This document shows positions 51,250 through 63,254 of a stretch of DNA of 64,000 bases, in pieces. The stretch lies in the NCBI GenBank assembly GCA_026770705.1, contig JANJGN010000035.1, positions 8,494,001 through 8,558,000 on the forward strand, read 5' to 3'. The first letter of the stretch is position 1; the number at the start of each line of letters is the position of its first letter. Position numbers and translations under genes: made by a program. The notes beneath the pieces were generated by a model. It did no database searches. It saw nothing but the letters and a program-made list of their open reading frames with translations, and was not told the DNA's origin. The stretch is from Isurus oxyrinchus (lineage: Eukaryota).

Positions 51250-53630
51250 AATTATGTACTTTAAAGCAGCGCTGAATACAATCATTATTTTGAATGATGC
51301 AAGCAATCGAACGGAGCATACTGTTTGATGTACTGCCACAGTCTTTGGAACTTAGGGCCTACATACAAGGCATGACACCCACACTGACATTCATATAACA
51401 CATTACGCATATGTGGGTTAGGGCGGATGCCTTCATAACTTGCAAATTAGCATCCAGTTTCTGGGGAAACCACTGGTATAACCCATGGATCCTCAAGCGT
51501 CTAGCTTCAACTGCAAAGCATTTTTTAAAGGTTCTCATATCCTTCCATGATCATCTGAAATACACTAGGCACATTTCAGAAGCAAAAGCATTGGCCATGG
51601 ACCCGGCCATGCCACAAACAGCGATAAATGCTGAGAACAATTAAGTTCAACCCAGTTGTATATGCTAAAAGATTGCAAAACGACTCGAAATTTCAGTTCC
51701 ACAAATGTGATGATGTAAAAAAAAATATACAGGTTGATCTTGAGGATGGACTTATATTTGTTTCTGTTGGGCCTGCCGCTACACATAATGGTACAGTGCT
51801 TTTCGAGAAGCAGTTACAAAAACACTAGCTGGACTTGCATGGGAGTAGCGATACGCTTGTTGTATATTTTTCGTCCTCACGGTTCAGCATGTCCACGAAT
51901 ACATAAGCTGACCAAGACAAACGCCAGTGAAGTCCGCTTAAACACTATCTTATATATGACTTGTTCTCCACAACATGATTTTGACAACTGGTTGAACCCC
52001 TTACTGCATGTAGTTCTGTTCAAATCTTCCACATTCACTTTGACAGATTGTCTCACTTTTGCAAACACTACACAGCACTTCCATTTCGATAGCAATGACA
52101 TATCTACGTGTTGGTGAGACATTGCTGTCCTATTCAATGATGTGCCATTCTAGGAAACCATCAGCGTTCATAATGCCTCACTATTTCCTGGCGATATGGG
52201 TTCACCAGTATTGCATTGATCTGCATTTATTAAAATTATGAAGTCAGAAACTAGTGCAGTTAAGTTCATTTTACCCCTCAAGAACACGTATTGCCAAATA
52301 GATAGTATTGCCATGGAATCTCCTCTCGGACCATTTTCGCAAATTATCGCTGCCTGCTTACACGAGAAACACATCTTCATTACAAGGATACACAACCTCC
52401 TTCACTTTGCGTATTTCGGATGTGTATGTGCTACTTTTGGATCCGAATCTCAGTGGAATGCAAGTACTTATTCTCATACGTAATTGGGTCCATTATAAGC
52501 TCAAATTCTTCTTTGAAACAAAACAGTGAAATTTGCTCTCAATTCTCGACTTGCTAGTAGTGAGATCTGCCAATGGTTTGTCTACTACTTTCTGCCTCAA
52601 GGCGATTTTTGACAATGCACGTGGACGGATTCCCACATTTGTACATGCTACGAGATTGCCCTACCACAACCTCGTTAAAAGGGAGAGCCATTTTCTCACC
52701 ATGCAAGCTTAATGCTGAAATTGGAATAAAACAATCCTGTGATATAATTGATACCCTAATCAGAACATTACTCACTGAATATCACACACACTCACAAGTG
52801 TTCCTTAAAAGTACCCAGTCTCCTGGAGTTACCATGGATGTTTAAAGAGCGTTATAATTTAAGCAGGAACCGTATATAGCCATTTGACGCTGCTGCAATG
52901 CATTTGCAGCACGAGTTTTATGCTGCATTAACAAGAAGCTTCCTTCAAACCAGTTAGGCGTTCTGCTTGGCACAGAAAGGCTTAATGCAGTACATGGATA
53001 CTCATGCCAGTTTGAAAACAGGGCTGTTGGATCGTGTCAATCAACGCATGCATTTCGCTGGTCGCAATAGGCAACATACTGACTGTATTCAAAACACCCA
53101 GGCTTTTTTTTTGCTAATCTAGGAAGATTGTGACCAACATGGTGGTTGATAGTTGCGAGGACAAAGCTAGATAAGCAATCCTCATTCTGCAAAGAATTAT
53201 AATGACAACTGACAGAGATTATCAGTTGGGTTCACAGTGTGCCACACTTATGCCTGCTAATGCTGTATATTTTCCCCTACAGGGCTCTGTCCTTTGCAAA
53301 TCTGAAGAGCACTCCCATGCATTGTTCATATTCCAACTAAACAAACGTTTGGGGTATACCTTTGCTTTGCTAATTCTCAATAGCAACCATTTCAGCAATG
53401 AGCGCAGAGCGGCCTATAGAGAGTTTAGTCAAAATCTTGACACGTGACTCTTCCCCGCTGCAGTCATCATGGCAAAACATATACAAATCTTAGTCATCTT
53501 GCCACCAAATTAAAGCTCTCCTTGCATAGCATGTAACTTGTGATTCTGTTTAGATTTGGTAATTTTTTGAATTTGGTCTGATGAATTCAAACAAAAAGCT
53601 TTGGCAGCATCACCCCCTTCTCGGCAATAC
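51250..53630 (+). mobile_element. Penelope-like retroelement (RT + GIY-YIG), decayed
   Basis: PHGSACPRIHKLTKT..ILYMTCSPQHDFDNWL..FTLTDCLTFA. YCQIDSIAMESPLGP corresponds to QxDGVAMGSPLGP. Terminal ctgatga..aaaagctt..ggcaata. Confidence 0.85.
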
Positions 53631-53894
53631 ACACATTCTCTAATATTGTGTGTATATGTTTGTATGTGTCTGCTTGTGTACTATTTGCATCTATCATTCC
53701 CTGTGAAATGGCGTTCCACAGATACTCATTGGACATCTTGATCACAATCCTGATTGCCTACATTTAAGATATTCCTACCAAGACGAAGCATGTTCTCTTC
53801 ATCCATCCAAATTAAATAATTTAATCATTTTCAAGATTTTCATTTGTTCACAGGAAATCCATCATAGGTACATGTGGGTACTTAGTTTTTTGAT

Positions 53895-54245
53895 TTAATT
53901 TTTGGGGCGCGAGTGTCCCTAGCAAGGTCAGCATTTATTAACCGGCCCTTATGCCTTTGAGATCTGAATGGCATACTAGGCCATTTAAAGGGACATTTAA
54001 GAGTCACATGTAGGCCGGACCAAGTAATGTCACAGATTTCCTCCCAGAAGTAGGTTAGTGAACCAAATCGTTTTTTACAACATTCGACATTGCTTTCATG
54101 GGCATTATATAGTTATTATTCAGTTCAAAACTCACCATCTGCCGTGTTATTCCAAGTTGGATCCAGAAAGCACTACGCTCGCTCTCTGGATTATTAATAA
54201 TCTCTGTATTACTACTCTAGTGACCATACCACTACATCACCACGT
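53895..54245 (-). mobile_element. tRNA-derived shark-type SINE
   Basis: Reverse-complement similarity to 55550-55930 (ctagtgaccataccactacatcacc head; caaggtcagcatttatt tail). Confidence 0.75.
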
Positions 54246-54334
54246 CCCTTTGTATACAAGAGCTTGTTCAGCATGCATTACTCAATGTGTGGAAATGGAA
54301 ACGTTACTTAAACGTTCCATACACTGAAATGGAG

Positions 54335-54960
54335 TAATACAGTTATACAACAAATCTGTATTAAATAAACAGGCCCTTGGGCCCATCGTGTCCGTGCTGC
54401 CATCAAACACCAAAATAATTTAATCCCATTTTGCAAAATTTGGTCCTCAGCACTGTATGCTGTGGCGTTTCAAGTGTGCATCTAAATACTTCCTAAATGT
54501 TTTGAGGGCTCTTCCCTCTACCATCGCCTCAGGCAATGTTGTCCAGTTTCCAACCTCTCTTAGGGTGTTTTTTTCTTACCCTCAAGTCCCCTCTAAACAT
54601 TCTGTCCCCCGCCTTCACCATATGACCCCCGATTATTGACAACTCCTCTAAAGGAAAAAAAGATTCTTGCTACCTACCCTATATCTTCCCCTCGTATTTT
54701 TTTTAATATCTCGATCAGATCCCTGTCTCAGCCTTCTCTTCTCTAAAGTAACCAATGCCAGCCTATCTACTCTCTCTTCGTAGCTGAAACGCTCCAGCCC
54801 TGGCAACATGCTGGCGAATCTCCCCTGCTCCCCCTGCAGTGCATTTAAATCCTCCCTATATTGCGGCTACCAGATCTCCAACCAGCTCTCTAGCTAGCAG
54901 CTAACTAGTTTTTTTAACAGCTTATTTTCCCTAACTTCCCTGCTTTATATCTTACTCCCT
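54335..54960 (-). mobile_element. CR1 3' fragment
   Basis: acaggcccttgggcccatcgtgtccgtgc ... agccctggcaacatgctggcgaatctcc, typical of the reverse CR1 3' region. Confidence 0.8.
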
Positions 54961-55549
54961 TTCTCGAGTACATGTTCCATACTTTACAATGGAGTTGAAA
55001 GCCTCTGGGAACATTTTAGATAAAATAAAAATATTGTGAATGCTAGAATTATTAAAAATTAGCATTTGGTGTTTTTGCTTTTGAGGATTCCAACATTGTC
55101 TCCACTCATTCGGACAAATGCCGTGCAAGCCACGTGGGCCCCCGCTTACCTTCCCACAAAATTCTAGATTGAGAGGCAGCTGTGCGAAGAGGAGTCAGGT
55201 GAAGTTTGAATGCATTCTGATGTTGCTGCTGGCCTACTGCACCTCATGAATTCCCAGTTTTCAGTGTTGCTAGACACTTTCTGGACATATCCCTTATCGC
55301 TTCTTGGCACTGACACACAACAGGAAGAAATGTGTCCATAATGCATGGACAAAGACCTCCGGCTGGACTCTCTTGGGAATACAATCATGGGCAGATGCAA
55401 CCTGGAAAGTATATTGCCGCTGCTAGGGAGCCACTGCCCCGCTAGACATTAAAGCCTCCTACCCGGAAGATAGCTTGTGACTTTCTACTAGATATTTACG
55501 TTCCATATGCTTTCCGCAAGGAGGAGGACAGAGCAATCAGTAGGGGGAC

Positions 55550-55930
55550 ATGGTGGAGTCGTTTTGAAGTTACTCCAGTAGTAATCAAGGCTGATAATTT
55601 GGGGACACAGTCTGAAATTCCACCATGGAAGCTGCTGGAATTTAAGTTCAATTGCTAAATGAGGAATTGAAAGCTGGTCCCATTAATGGTGGCCACAAGA
55701 CTTTCATCGATTGTTGTAAAAATCTGTGAGGTTCACCAAAGCATTTTAGTGAAGGAAAATGTCCCTTTTCTTCGTCTGTACTTTACGTGACACCTGATCG
55801 GCAATGCAGTTGTTGATTCTTCACTGCTATCTGAAGTGGTCGAGTAAGACCTTCATTTCAAAGCAATCGAGGATGGGAAACAAATGCTGGCCTTGTCAAT
55901 TTTACCAGCATCGTATAAATGAATTAAAAA
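55550..55930 (+). mobile_element. tRNA-derived shark-type SINE, near full length
   Basis: Degenerate A/B boxes (tggtggagtcg..; tctgaaattcc), core gctgctggaattt...gaaggaaaat, tail gatgggaaacaaatgctggccttg...aattaaaaa. Confidence 0.8.
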
Positions 55931-56783
55931 CAATTGCATGAAGAAGTGTTCTAAATATGATTCAGCAGAATGTTTTCCTCACCAATGTTAAAGCTGACAC
56001 CAAAAGCACCATGGTTGTCTCAATCAGTTTAGACTTCTGCATGTCCTACGTGTATAAAATTTCCATAGTTCTTGTTAGTTATGTAGCACAAATGGTACAG
56101 GTTTAACAACAAATGCAAACACGGAACACTTGGACATAATTTTCAAGATATACTTTCTGAGATAACTGTATCAATTGTTCCTTCATTAATAGGGTGGTCA
56201 GTCAGGCTGTTTTTCCCGGGTGAGTATTTTGGGTAGTTCTATCAATGTGTGGAAAGTAACACGGCGTTATTGAGAAGGACTTTGTAGAGGCATCTGATGT
56301 TTCACTTGTCAGTTTACTTTTTCTGTGTTGATATAACTATTTGCTTCGGTAAACTATTCCTGGTCAGTTCCAATTCAACCACTTTTCTGTAAATCTCGAA
56401 CCTCAAGTAAGCGAGAACAGCTAATGATGACTGCTTAACTTAAGTAAAGGCAATCCTCAATATATTGCTTCCAGTTGGATTCTTTAAGAATCTGCAAACA
56501 CGAACTGGACAGGTTTTATGTTGATCTATTGTTTCTAACAATCCACATCGTTTCTTAATATTATTTTAATGTATGCTATTACGAACTACTTAGTGAGGTG
56601 TTAGACAACATGCATGCAAATTTAATGGCGATGCTCGCAACAATCTCATCCTGCGAACTTGCCTGTAACAAAGTTCACCACGAAATGATTAATCTCCCTA
56701 TCAAAATCTGATTTGATTTTCATACAGAAACAGTTCTACAACTTAATCAGCAAGAAATTAGTGAATAGATAATGCAAACTCAA

Positions 56784-56967
56784 CTAAATTATTTCAGATA
56801 CCCCTTTCCCTGGATTAGTCACTGCAATGCATGAATTGATGTGTCTGTTAGGCTGTTCTCTATTCGGGCTATCGTTACTCAGGTCCAGTTGCACCAATGA
56901 ACGATTAATACTTAGAGCAGAGGCCAGATTCTCCACGCAATTTTCTGTCAGATTTTTCGATTTTAAC
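56784..56967 (-). pseudogene. NLR LRR exon (frameshift, stops, donor GT>TT)
   Basis: LKSKNLTENCVENLASALSINRSLVQLDLSN..(fs)ENSLTDTSIHALQ*LI. Ends TTTAG|ttgagt. Confidence 0.85.
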
Positions 56968-57243
56968 CTGTTGTGAACGAAAAATAAGGCTGAAATTCTA
57001 AAAAATGACGAACATACGTCAAATTAGATAGTATGACCAATTAATTGAGTAGTATTTCAACACTTGCAGGAAAAGCCTGCACATGCACAATGTGAGTTAT
57101 TAAGTTTCTAATTCTTTGCCTTCACAACATAAATCATATCTAGTTTATCTTACTGATTATTGCCAACATATATTTCCTTTTTAAACGCCTGACATCTACC
57201 CTCTGTAGATGTGTTTTCCAATGTTTTAAAGCGAATTACTCAC

Positions 57244-57330
57244 TCCAATCTCTGTATTTTGCAATCCGTTTTCTTCAGAACAGCAGAAAGCAGTTGCACC
57301 CCCGAATCTACAATACTATTTTCATTCAGC
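57244..57330 (-). pseudogene. Intact 87-nt NLR LRR exon
   Basis: gattag|G...GA|gtgagt. LNENSIVDSGVQLLSAVLKKTDCKIQRL resembles LxxNxLGDSGVKLLSAALRNPDCKIQxL. Confidence 0.9.
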
Positions 57331-57646
57331 CTAATCATGCATAAAGAGAATCATTAATTGCGGCAGAATTATGCATCAGGCAGCAACTATTCGCAAATAA
57401 GCAATATACATAATTGGAGAAAGGCCAGCCATCCAGAAGTGAACAGAATACTTCCTCTTCAAGTTAAATAGTTAACCAGACAAAAGGATGTATGATTCAG
57501 AAACAATATGGTGTGTTTAAACACTCAGTGCAAAAGTGCAAAATATCCATCATTTAGTCTAATTTTCCTTTGTTCCAGGCAATTTACCATACCTCAATTT
57601 ATGCCTACCAGTAGAAAGAAGATTCAAAAGGAGAAAATGTAAATAC

Positions 57647-57850
57647 CTGCGGCAAAATAAAAAATGAGTTGTGCATGTTTGAAGCGGATTTTCCGGGTAC
57701 ATCAACTTGCACCCATTAACACTGTGTAACATTGATATCTCGGAGTTCCTGCAACTGTGACAATCAAACTCAGTCATCTCTGTGTTTATTCTTCCATCGG
57801 GGCAGCAATCTCTTCTGGGAAGTCGGTGAACCCTGCAACATTTCAGCCTG
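57647..57850 (-). pseudogene. NLR LRR exon, frameshifted
   Basis: tatttcag|...CAG|gtattt. LKCC(fs)FTDFPEEIAA(fs)RINTEMTEFD resembles LxxCGLTD..EDLASALxxNxSLTELDL. Confidence 0.6.
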
Positions 57851-58671
57851 CTGAAATATAATGCTGTATACCATTGGCCTTTTGATTCTGCTGTCTGGAT
57901 TTACGTGAAACATAACTTTTGTTACCGCTGTTCCCTTGTGCAGTATTCATTTCCCCCTTATAAATCTTACATTATTGGGCTCAAAAACGGGAGGATGTTG
58001 TAAAACCTCGGACCATGATTTGTGCGCCTGTAAAAATATAATGACCTTGTTTTACCTCATCTCGTATGTGCTTTGCCTTTATTAACAGAACATGGTTCAC
58101 TTCAAACTGGCGGTTTGGTGAAAGTAAGCCACCAGTTTTAAGGGGGAAATCAGAACTCAAACTCAACTTTTCGTTGAGGGACTCGTTGTTAGAAGAAAAA
58201 GTCAGGGCTATTTAAATTCATGACCGTCATGACCATAATATTAGCAAGTAATTCTAGTTTTACTCATTAATGAATGATGATATATGACTATTTATTTGCC
58301 ACCATTCACCGTTTAATGGGCACTACTCGGCTTTTCCAGAACGAGTTATAGGATTCCGTTAAAGTTACTTGGGATCTACGATCAAATTGGTTCATTTTTT
58401 TATTTAAATCTGTATCCTATTAATTAAATATGAAGAGATTGTTTAACCATTCCAAAAATATTAAATTAAACATGCAAATTAAATTACAGCAACCTGCCAA
58501 CCAATTTAATTGGATGTGGATACAGTTGGGTGATAAAAAATGATGGAGGCATGCTCGTACACATGTTTTGTCACTCATGTATGGATAACGGACCTTTAGG
58601 TAACGTGCCAGTATGACAGTCTGGACAGATGTGAGCGTGTGAAGCACTCCGTGGTGCAAACAGCAGGCACA

Positions 58672-58786
58672 ATGTTGAGAATCCGCGGGCTAAGATCCAC
58701 TGCAAATCCTTCCAAACGTTTCAGTCTCCCTGTAAATGAAAATATCCTCAGAGAATGTCACTTTCTCTACACGGACTCCAAACAAG
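58672..58786 (+). CDS. Exon 1 of an uncharacterised dynamin/EHD-like P-loop GTPase (donor degenerate; possibly a pseudogene)
   Basis: ATG in gcacaATG. MLRIRGLRSTANPSKRFSLPVNENILRECHFLYTDSKQ-G matches the recalled family N-terminus NERILRECHxLYxDxxxG. The expected G|gtaagc reads G|aaagcg. Confidence 0.65.
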
Positions 58787-59329
58787 AAAGCGGCTGGGTG
58801 CAGCTTAGCAAAGTACAATGTCGAAATATATTTTCATTATTGTTTACAGCACGCAGCACGGTTTCAGCAGCATGTGTGCAAAAGAGTGCAACTGAAAGCT
58901 TTATTTTGGTGCTTCTCAGTCACTTGGTTCTCGGGTTTCATGCAGACTGGCACCAATTCAACATTGTGACATTGTTTTCGGCAACATTGTGCTGATGGCT
59001 AGCCCTTTCACTTACTGCAGCGTTGCTTGTACTTATTGTTCACAACGCATTTGTTCTCTGTTTTGTTAGTAGACATATGATGGGTCAAAGTATGATTTAA
59101 AAGTGCACAAATAAAAATGTGATTTACTCAGTAACGTAAAGGGCGTTATGTGCACAGAATTACCGACTGCTAGCGGGATGGACAGAGTGCAGTTATGAGA
59201 GTAGTGTTTACAGAATGAAAAAATGGGTTTGAAGTTGTTTATATCAGGCTCAACAGACTCCAAATAAAGAACAGCCACAACTCTCTAGAGTATAAAATGC
59301 AAACGATACACGAACGCAATGTGAAATAT

Positions 59330-59830
59330 TTTATTCTAATTTTAATCCAAAAAAATAGATCCTAATGTCCTCATACTGTTGACCCCTGCAGATTATTACC
59401 AAGCAAAGGGGGAAAAAACTGTTGTCTTCCACTCTATTAAACTTCATGTAATTTATTAAGACCACCTCTCACATCCTGAGCCTTAGGGAGTTCATAACGA
59501 ATTTTCTCTGAACCTTATCATTGGACGTATTAGTGGATCCAATTTAATTATGTAATGCTGCACAACGCAATTCCTAAGTTTTGGTACTTTAGACAGGGAT
59601 TCCAAAACAGCGTACATATGATACATGTGTGGCTTCACACCTTTCAAAATGTTCTGCTCTCTATTTACACGAACATATTTAATTACCTCAGCGGTCTCAC
59701 ATCATCATCGACCTGCCAGATTTTTGCCTACACACTTTGTATCACCTATGTCCTCATCTATTTGCGAACCATTTATGCCTGCTCAACTTACCATCATGTC
59801 AACATCTAAAACCTTGATTAATGAGGATAT
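59330..59830 (-). mobile_element. Decayed CR1 RT fragment
   Basis: Plus-strand cctaagttttggtactttagacag and tgtcctcatctatttgc, reverse CR1-like. Confidence 0.55.
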
Positions 59831-60502
59831 GAAAGAGAATTAGATTTGCAGAGTGAGCAGAAAAATTGGCAGCAATGTATCATTCTGTACTTACGTTTCG
59901 AGAGCTAAAACTGCAAATCGTGTAGCAACCTGTCTACCAAACTCGTAGGCCGAGATTGAGAAGCCAATTCTTTCAAGTGCATTTCTGGGGACAAGAGAAT
60001 GAAACGACCTCCTCCCCAGGATACATTTGTACGCAGCTAAATTTACCGTCCTCTGCTTCTTTCTTCTCGAGTTTCAATTTTTCTCACTCGAGATTACATG
60101 TTATTTCTGCATTGCCCTCCTTCTTGTCCTACTTATTGAAGGGGAACATTCGGCTGGCTGGGCAACTGACAGCCATTCAGCATTGTGTATTTTTGTGAGC
60201 GGAAATGAATGAAATTGTTCTCACACCTTTTCTTCTGTCAATCAATGTCCGATGTGCAAGAGTAAAGCCAATTTAACGGAGATAATCTGTCAATCTCACC
60301 ATTGTTAGTGGGCATACGTTAGCTTTTTGAGGACATATACAATAAAAAAATACTGAAAGACTTAGCAGTGATTTCAAGGGAAAAGGAATTCGATTGTGTA
60401 ATGAAATGGGCAACTAACCACACACCACTTATTGAAGTTAAAATGCTGCTTAACGCTGAAAAAATGATTCCATTTGAATGAAATTTCTTTCACTCTCGGT
60501 AG

Positions 60503-60614
60503 GCCTATTGGACATGGCAAAGCGCCTTGGAATCAGGCTCTTGGCTCCAAGGAAGAAAATTACAGTGATGCTGATGGGCAACCTTTCGGCTGGGAAGAGC
60601 TCCTTTATCAAATG
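60503..60614 (+). CDS. Exon 2 of the dynamin/EHD-like GTPase (G1/P-loop)
   Basis: tttctttcactctcggtag|GC...TG|gtgagc, open: (G)LLDMAKRLGIRLLAPRKKITVMLMGNLSAGKSSFIKW, with GxxxxGKS. Confidence 0.85.
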
Positions 60615-61794
60615 GTGAGCTTGTGAATGTGATTTTCATCTTGGGTCATTGAGGCCTCAGGCAAGGATTTATGTATTGCCAACAGAAGCTACCTTGCGGG
60701 CATTAAATAATCTTAAGGGTTACGTGACACAGGAAGTTTTAATCAACAGCACTGCTTTGACTTTTCAACGTTGAACAGTTTTAATAAATGTAGCCGTATA
60801 TTATGCCATTACCGATTTTAGCAATACGATTTCAGGGAAGGTGAGAATTCAAAAGACATTTAATGAACCATCTGAAAAAATTAGTTTGAAAAATACATTT
60901 TTTTTAAAACAACACTAAACGAAAGAGAGGAAAGATGATCTGGGTTTTCAGTCTCTTTCTCAGCGATGATAATGTCCAGAAGTATGGGCGTGGTGGGCGT
61001 TTAAATTTGAAAACAAAATAAAATCAAGCTCACAGCTCGAAATCAGATCGTCTGTATTTTCAACTTTTGGTTTGGCTGTGCCACAATTGAGAGAACGCTC
61101 GCTTGAATCCAAGCAATTATGAATTTGAAATAAAGCCCAACTTGTCGCCTTAATAAAGTTCAGATTGGTAGTCCTGTGCAGTATCCTTGAAGGTCTCATC
61201 TGTTAAATGAAAAGTTAAAGCAAGACCACATCTATATTCTTTGTTAAGTGAAAATGCTCCCCTGATACTATTTTGAGGAAGAGGGGATTTTGTGGATGCC
61301 ACATCTGCAATGGAACAGAACAGATTTATTTTCAAATTAGCTGACTGGCTGTGAAGCAAGCTTCTACGTCCTGAGCACCAATTCTTCATAATCAATTCTA
61401 TCATGAAGAATGTCCTCGCAATTGATATCGAATGGATTTTCAAAGGAAATAAAAATCAGTGAAAGAGTGGGACCATGCTGAAAAATTTCCCAGGGTCTTC
61501 CTTAGTCACAAAAAAATAACATTCGTTGCCCTTAACCGGGCTTATATTGCTGAACTGCCATCTTGAATGACCTTTGCATAGACATATGTCAGAACCTCTG
61601 TTACACTATTACAACCAACACCTTTGTATATAAGGTGTGGTTGATTTGACAAAGTGTATTCACATTTTAAGATGTTTTGATACCAAATCGTACCTGTCAA
61701 GCTAAATTAAGTATTCGTCAAGATTTTGTTTTAAAGTTTTTCATATTTCTCGGCACATGTCTTGTTTGAGCAAAAGGTTGTAACCTACATGCTG

Positions 61795-62830
61795 CAAGCG
61801 AGGGATTTTCCGGTTTGTGGGAGGGCGGATGTAGGGAGGGGTTATGGAGAGGCGTGATGGATGTGTTGGGGGTGGAGGTTCACCTGAGATGTGCTCGGTC
61901 ATCACTCATGAAGTGCCCAGGTAATGGTTTCCATGGCAACTGCTCATAAATGCAGAATGTCATTTCGGACAATGGCTCTGTGTTGGGATTCATTCGAAAA
62001 TGCGGATAAATCACAAAATGTTGATGCTTTTCAAACGTCACACTGTTACTAAAAAAAATAGTTAACGGAGAAAATTATTCTTATAGGCATCTAGTCAAAA
62101 AACTCAAATCACGTCCACAGGACTCCCTCTAACCACCGAGGGACAAAAACCCTGACCTCCAACTCCCCAACACACACTGACTCCCGACCACCAAACCCCA
62201 TTAAGTCTCCTCTCCCCCATTCCCCTGCAGCTGAGACCCCGTTCCAATTCCACCCAACTTCTGAAATGCCCTTCCACCCCCAATCGCCAACTGCCGGCAT
62301 TCTCCAATTCAACCACTCCCACGACAATTTGTCTCAATTATATCACCGTCGGAATCCCACGCCCCACACCCGAACCTCCGAGTGCCCCACCCATCCGCCC
62401 TTGTGGTCCAAAGCCCTATCATGATGCAACAATGCACTACGGAATCTGTACTTCATCATCCCCAGCACTGGCACTTCTCCAAACCGGACCTCAGATGACA
62501 GCAAAACCCCCCACTCTCCACGCCACCAAACCACACGCGACATTCTGAATATCCTCTCCTCTCGACCTCCCCCAAAGTGTGACTTCTGTAACCATCTCCC
62601 CTTAACGCAGAAGCCTCACAACCCCCGAATCGCTGCTCAATGCCCGCACCCCCTGTTATTGATCCTCCACCCCACCACACCCGCAAATCCACCACAGCAA
62701 TGCGTTCCCACTTGTCTTATGCAATTTTCTCCTCCCTCCTCTGTCAATTCCAGTGCCTGTTTATGTTCCCAGTTTAAAGGCAGCTAGGACCGCACAGGAT
62801 GGCGGAATGTCAGGATATCCTTGAATCCTC
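61795..62830. mobile_element. Non-autonomous DNA-transposon remnant with C-rich low-complexity interior
   Basis: gagggattttccggttt start and GC-rich flanks. C-rich degenerate repeats at 62100-62700. Confidence 0.45.
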
Positions 62831-63254
62831 TGGATGTGCTATTTTTTGGGTCCTGCGAGGTGCCTTGCGTGCAGCCCTCCAGCAGTACTGAAGAACTGAT
62901 GTGACAGCGAAATATTCAAGTGCACTTATGTCTGCATTTATTTACCATCACGCCTGCTGGCCATCTCTTTGAGAATGTAATTGGAATTCAGCAATTTTTC
63001 AACTGATTTTCTCCATTCTTAACAATGAAAAGAACTGTGGAAGTGCAAACAGGGCAGATACGCTGCAAAACGAGGCCAGGTAAATCATCAGGAATCGTGT
63101 TTTTGATGTTTGTTGCAAGATAAGGTGCTTTTTCACCTAACTTCAGTGGCCCGAAGTGTATACTTTATATTGTGTGCCTTCTATGAAATTTCCCACATGT
63201 CATTTAAATAATGTTGCTGTTTTGAGTAAATAAAGCATAATGAGAACCAGAAGA

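Larger units (their letters stand above)
56150..58540 (-). pseudogene. NLR (NACHT-LRR) pseudogene fragment: end of the NACHT/HD2 exon plus RI-type LRR exons
   Basis: Phase 2-2 LRR exons at 57647-57850, 57244-57330 and 56784-56967. Donor |gtaaga at 57970 closes a degenerate NACHT-tail exon. Further LRR debris at 56150-56560. Confidence 0.8.

Noticed and set aside
57559-57850. Cys-rich open frame (RDCCPDG..) as a somatomedin-B domain exon
   Set aside because: Better explained as a frameshifted NLR LRR exon, given the phase-2 LRR neighbours.
62104-62695. Gly/Trp/Val-rich minus ORFs
   Set aside because: Artefact of the C-rich low-complexity repeat interior.
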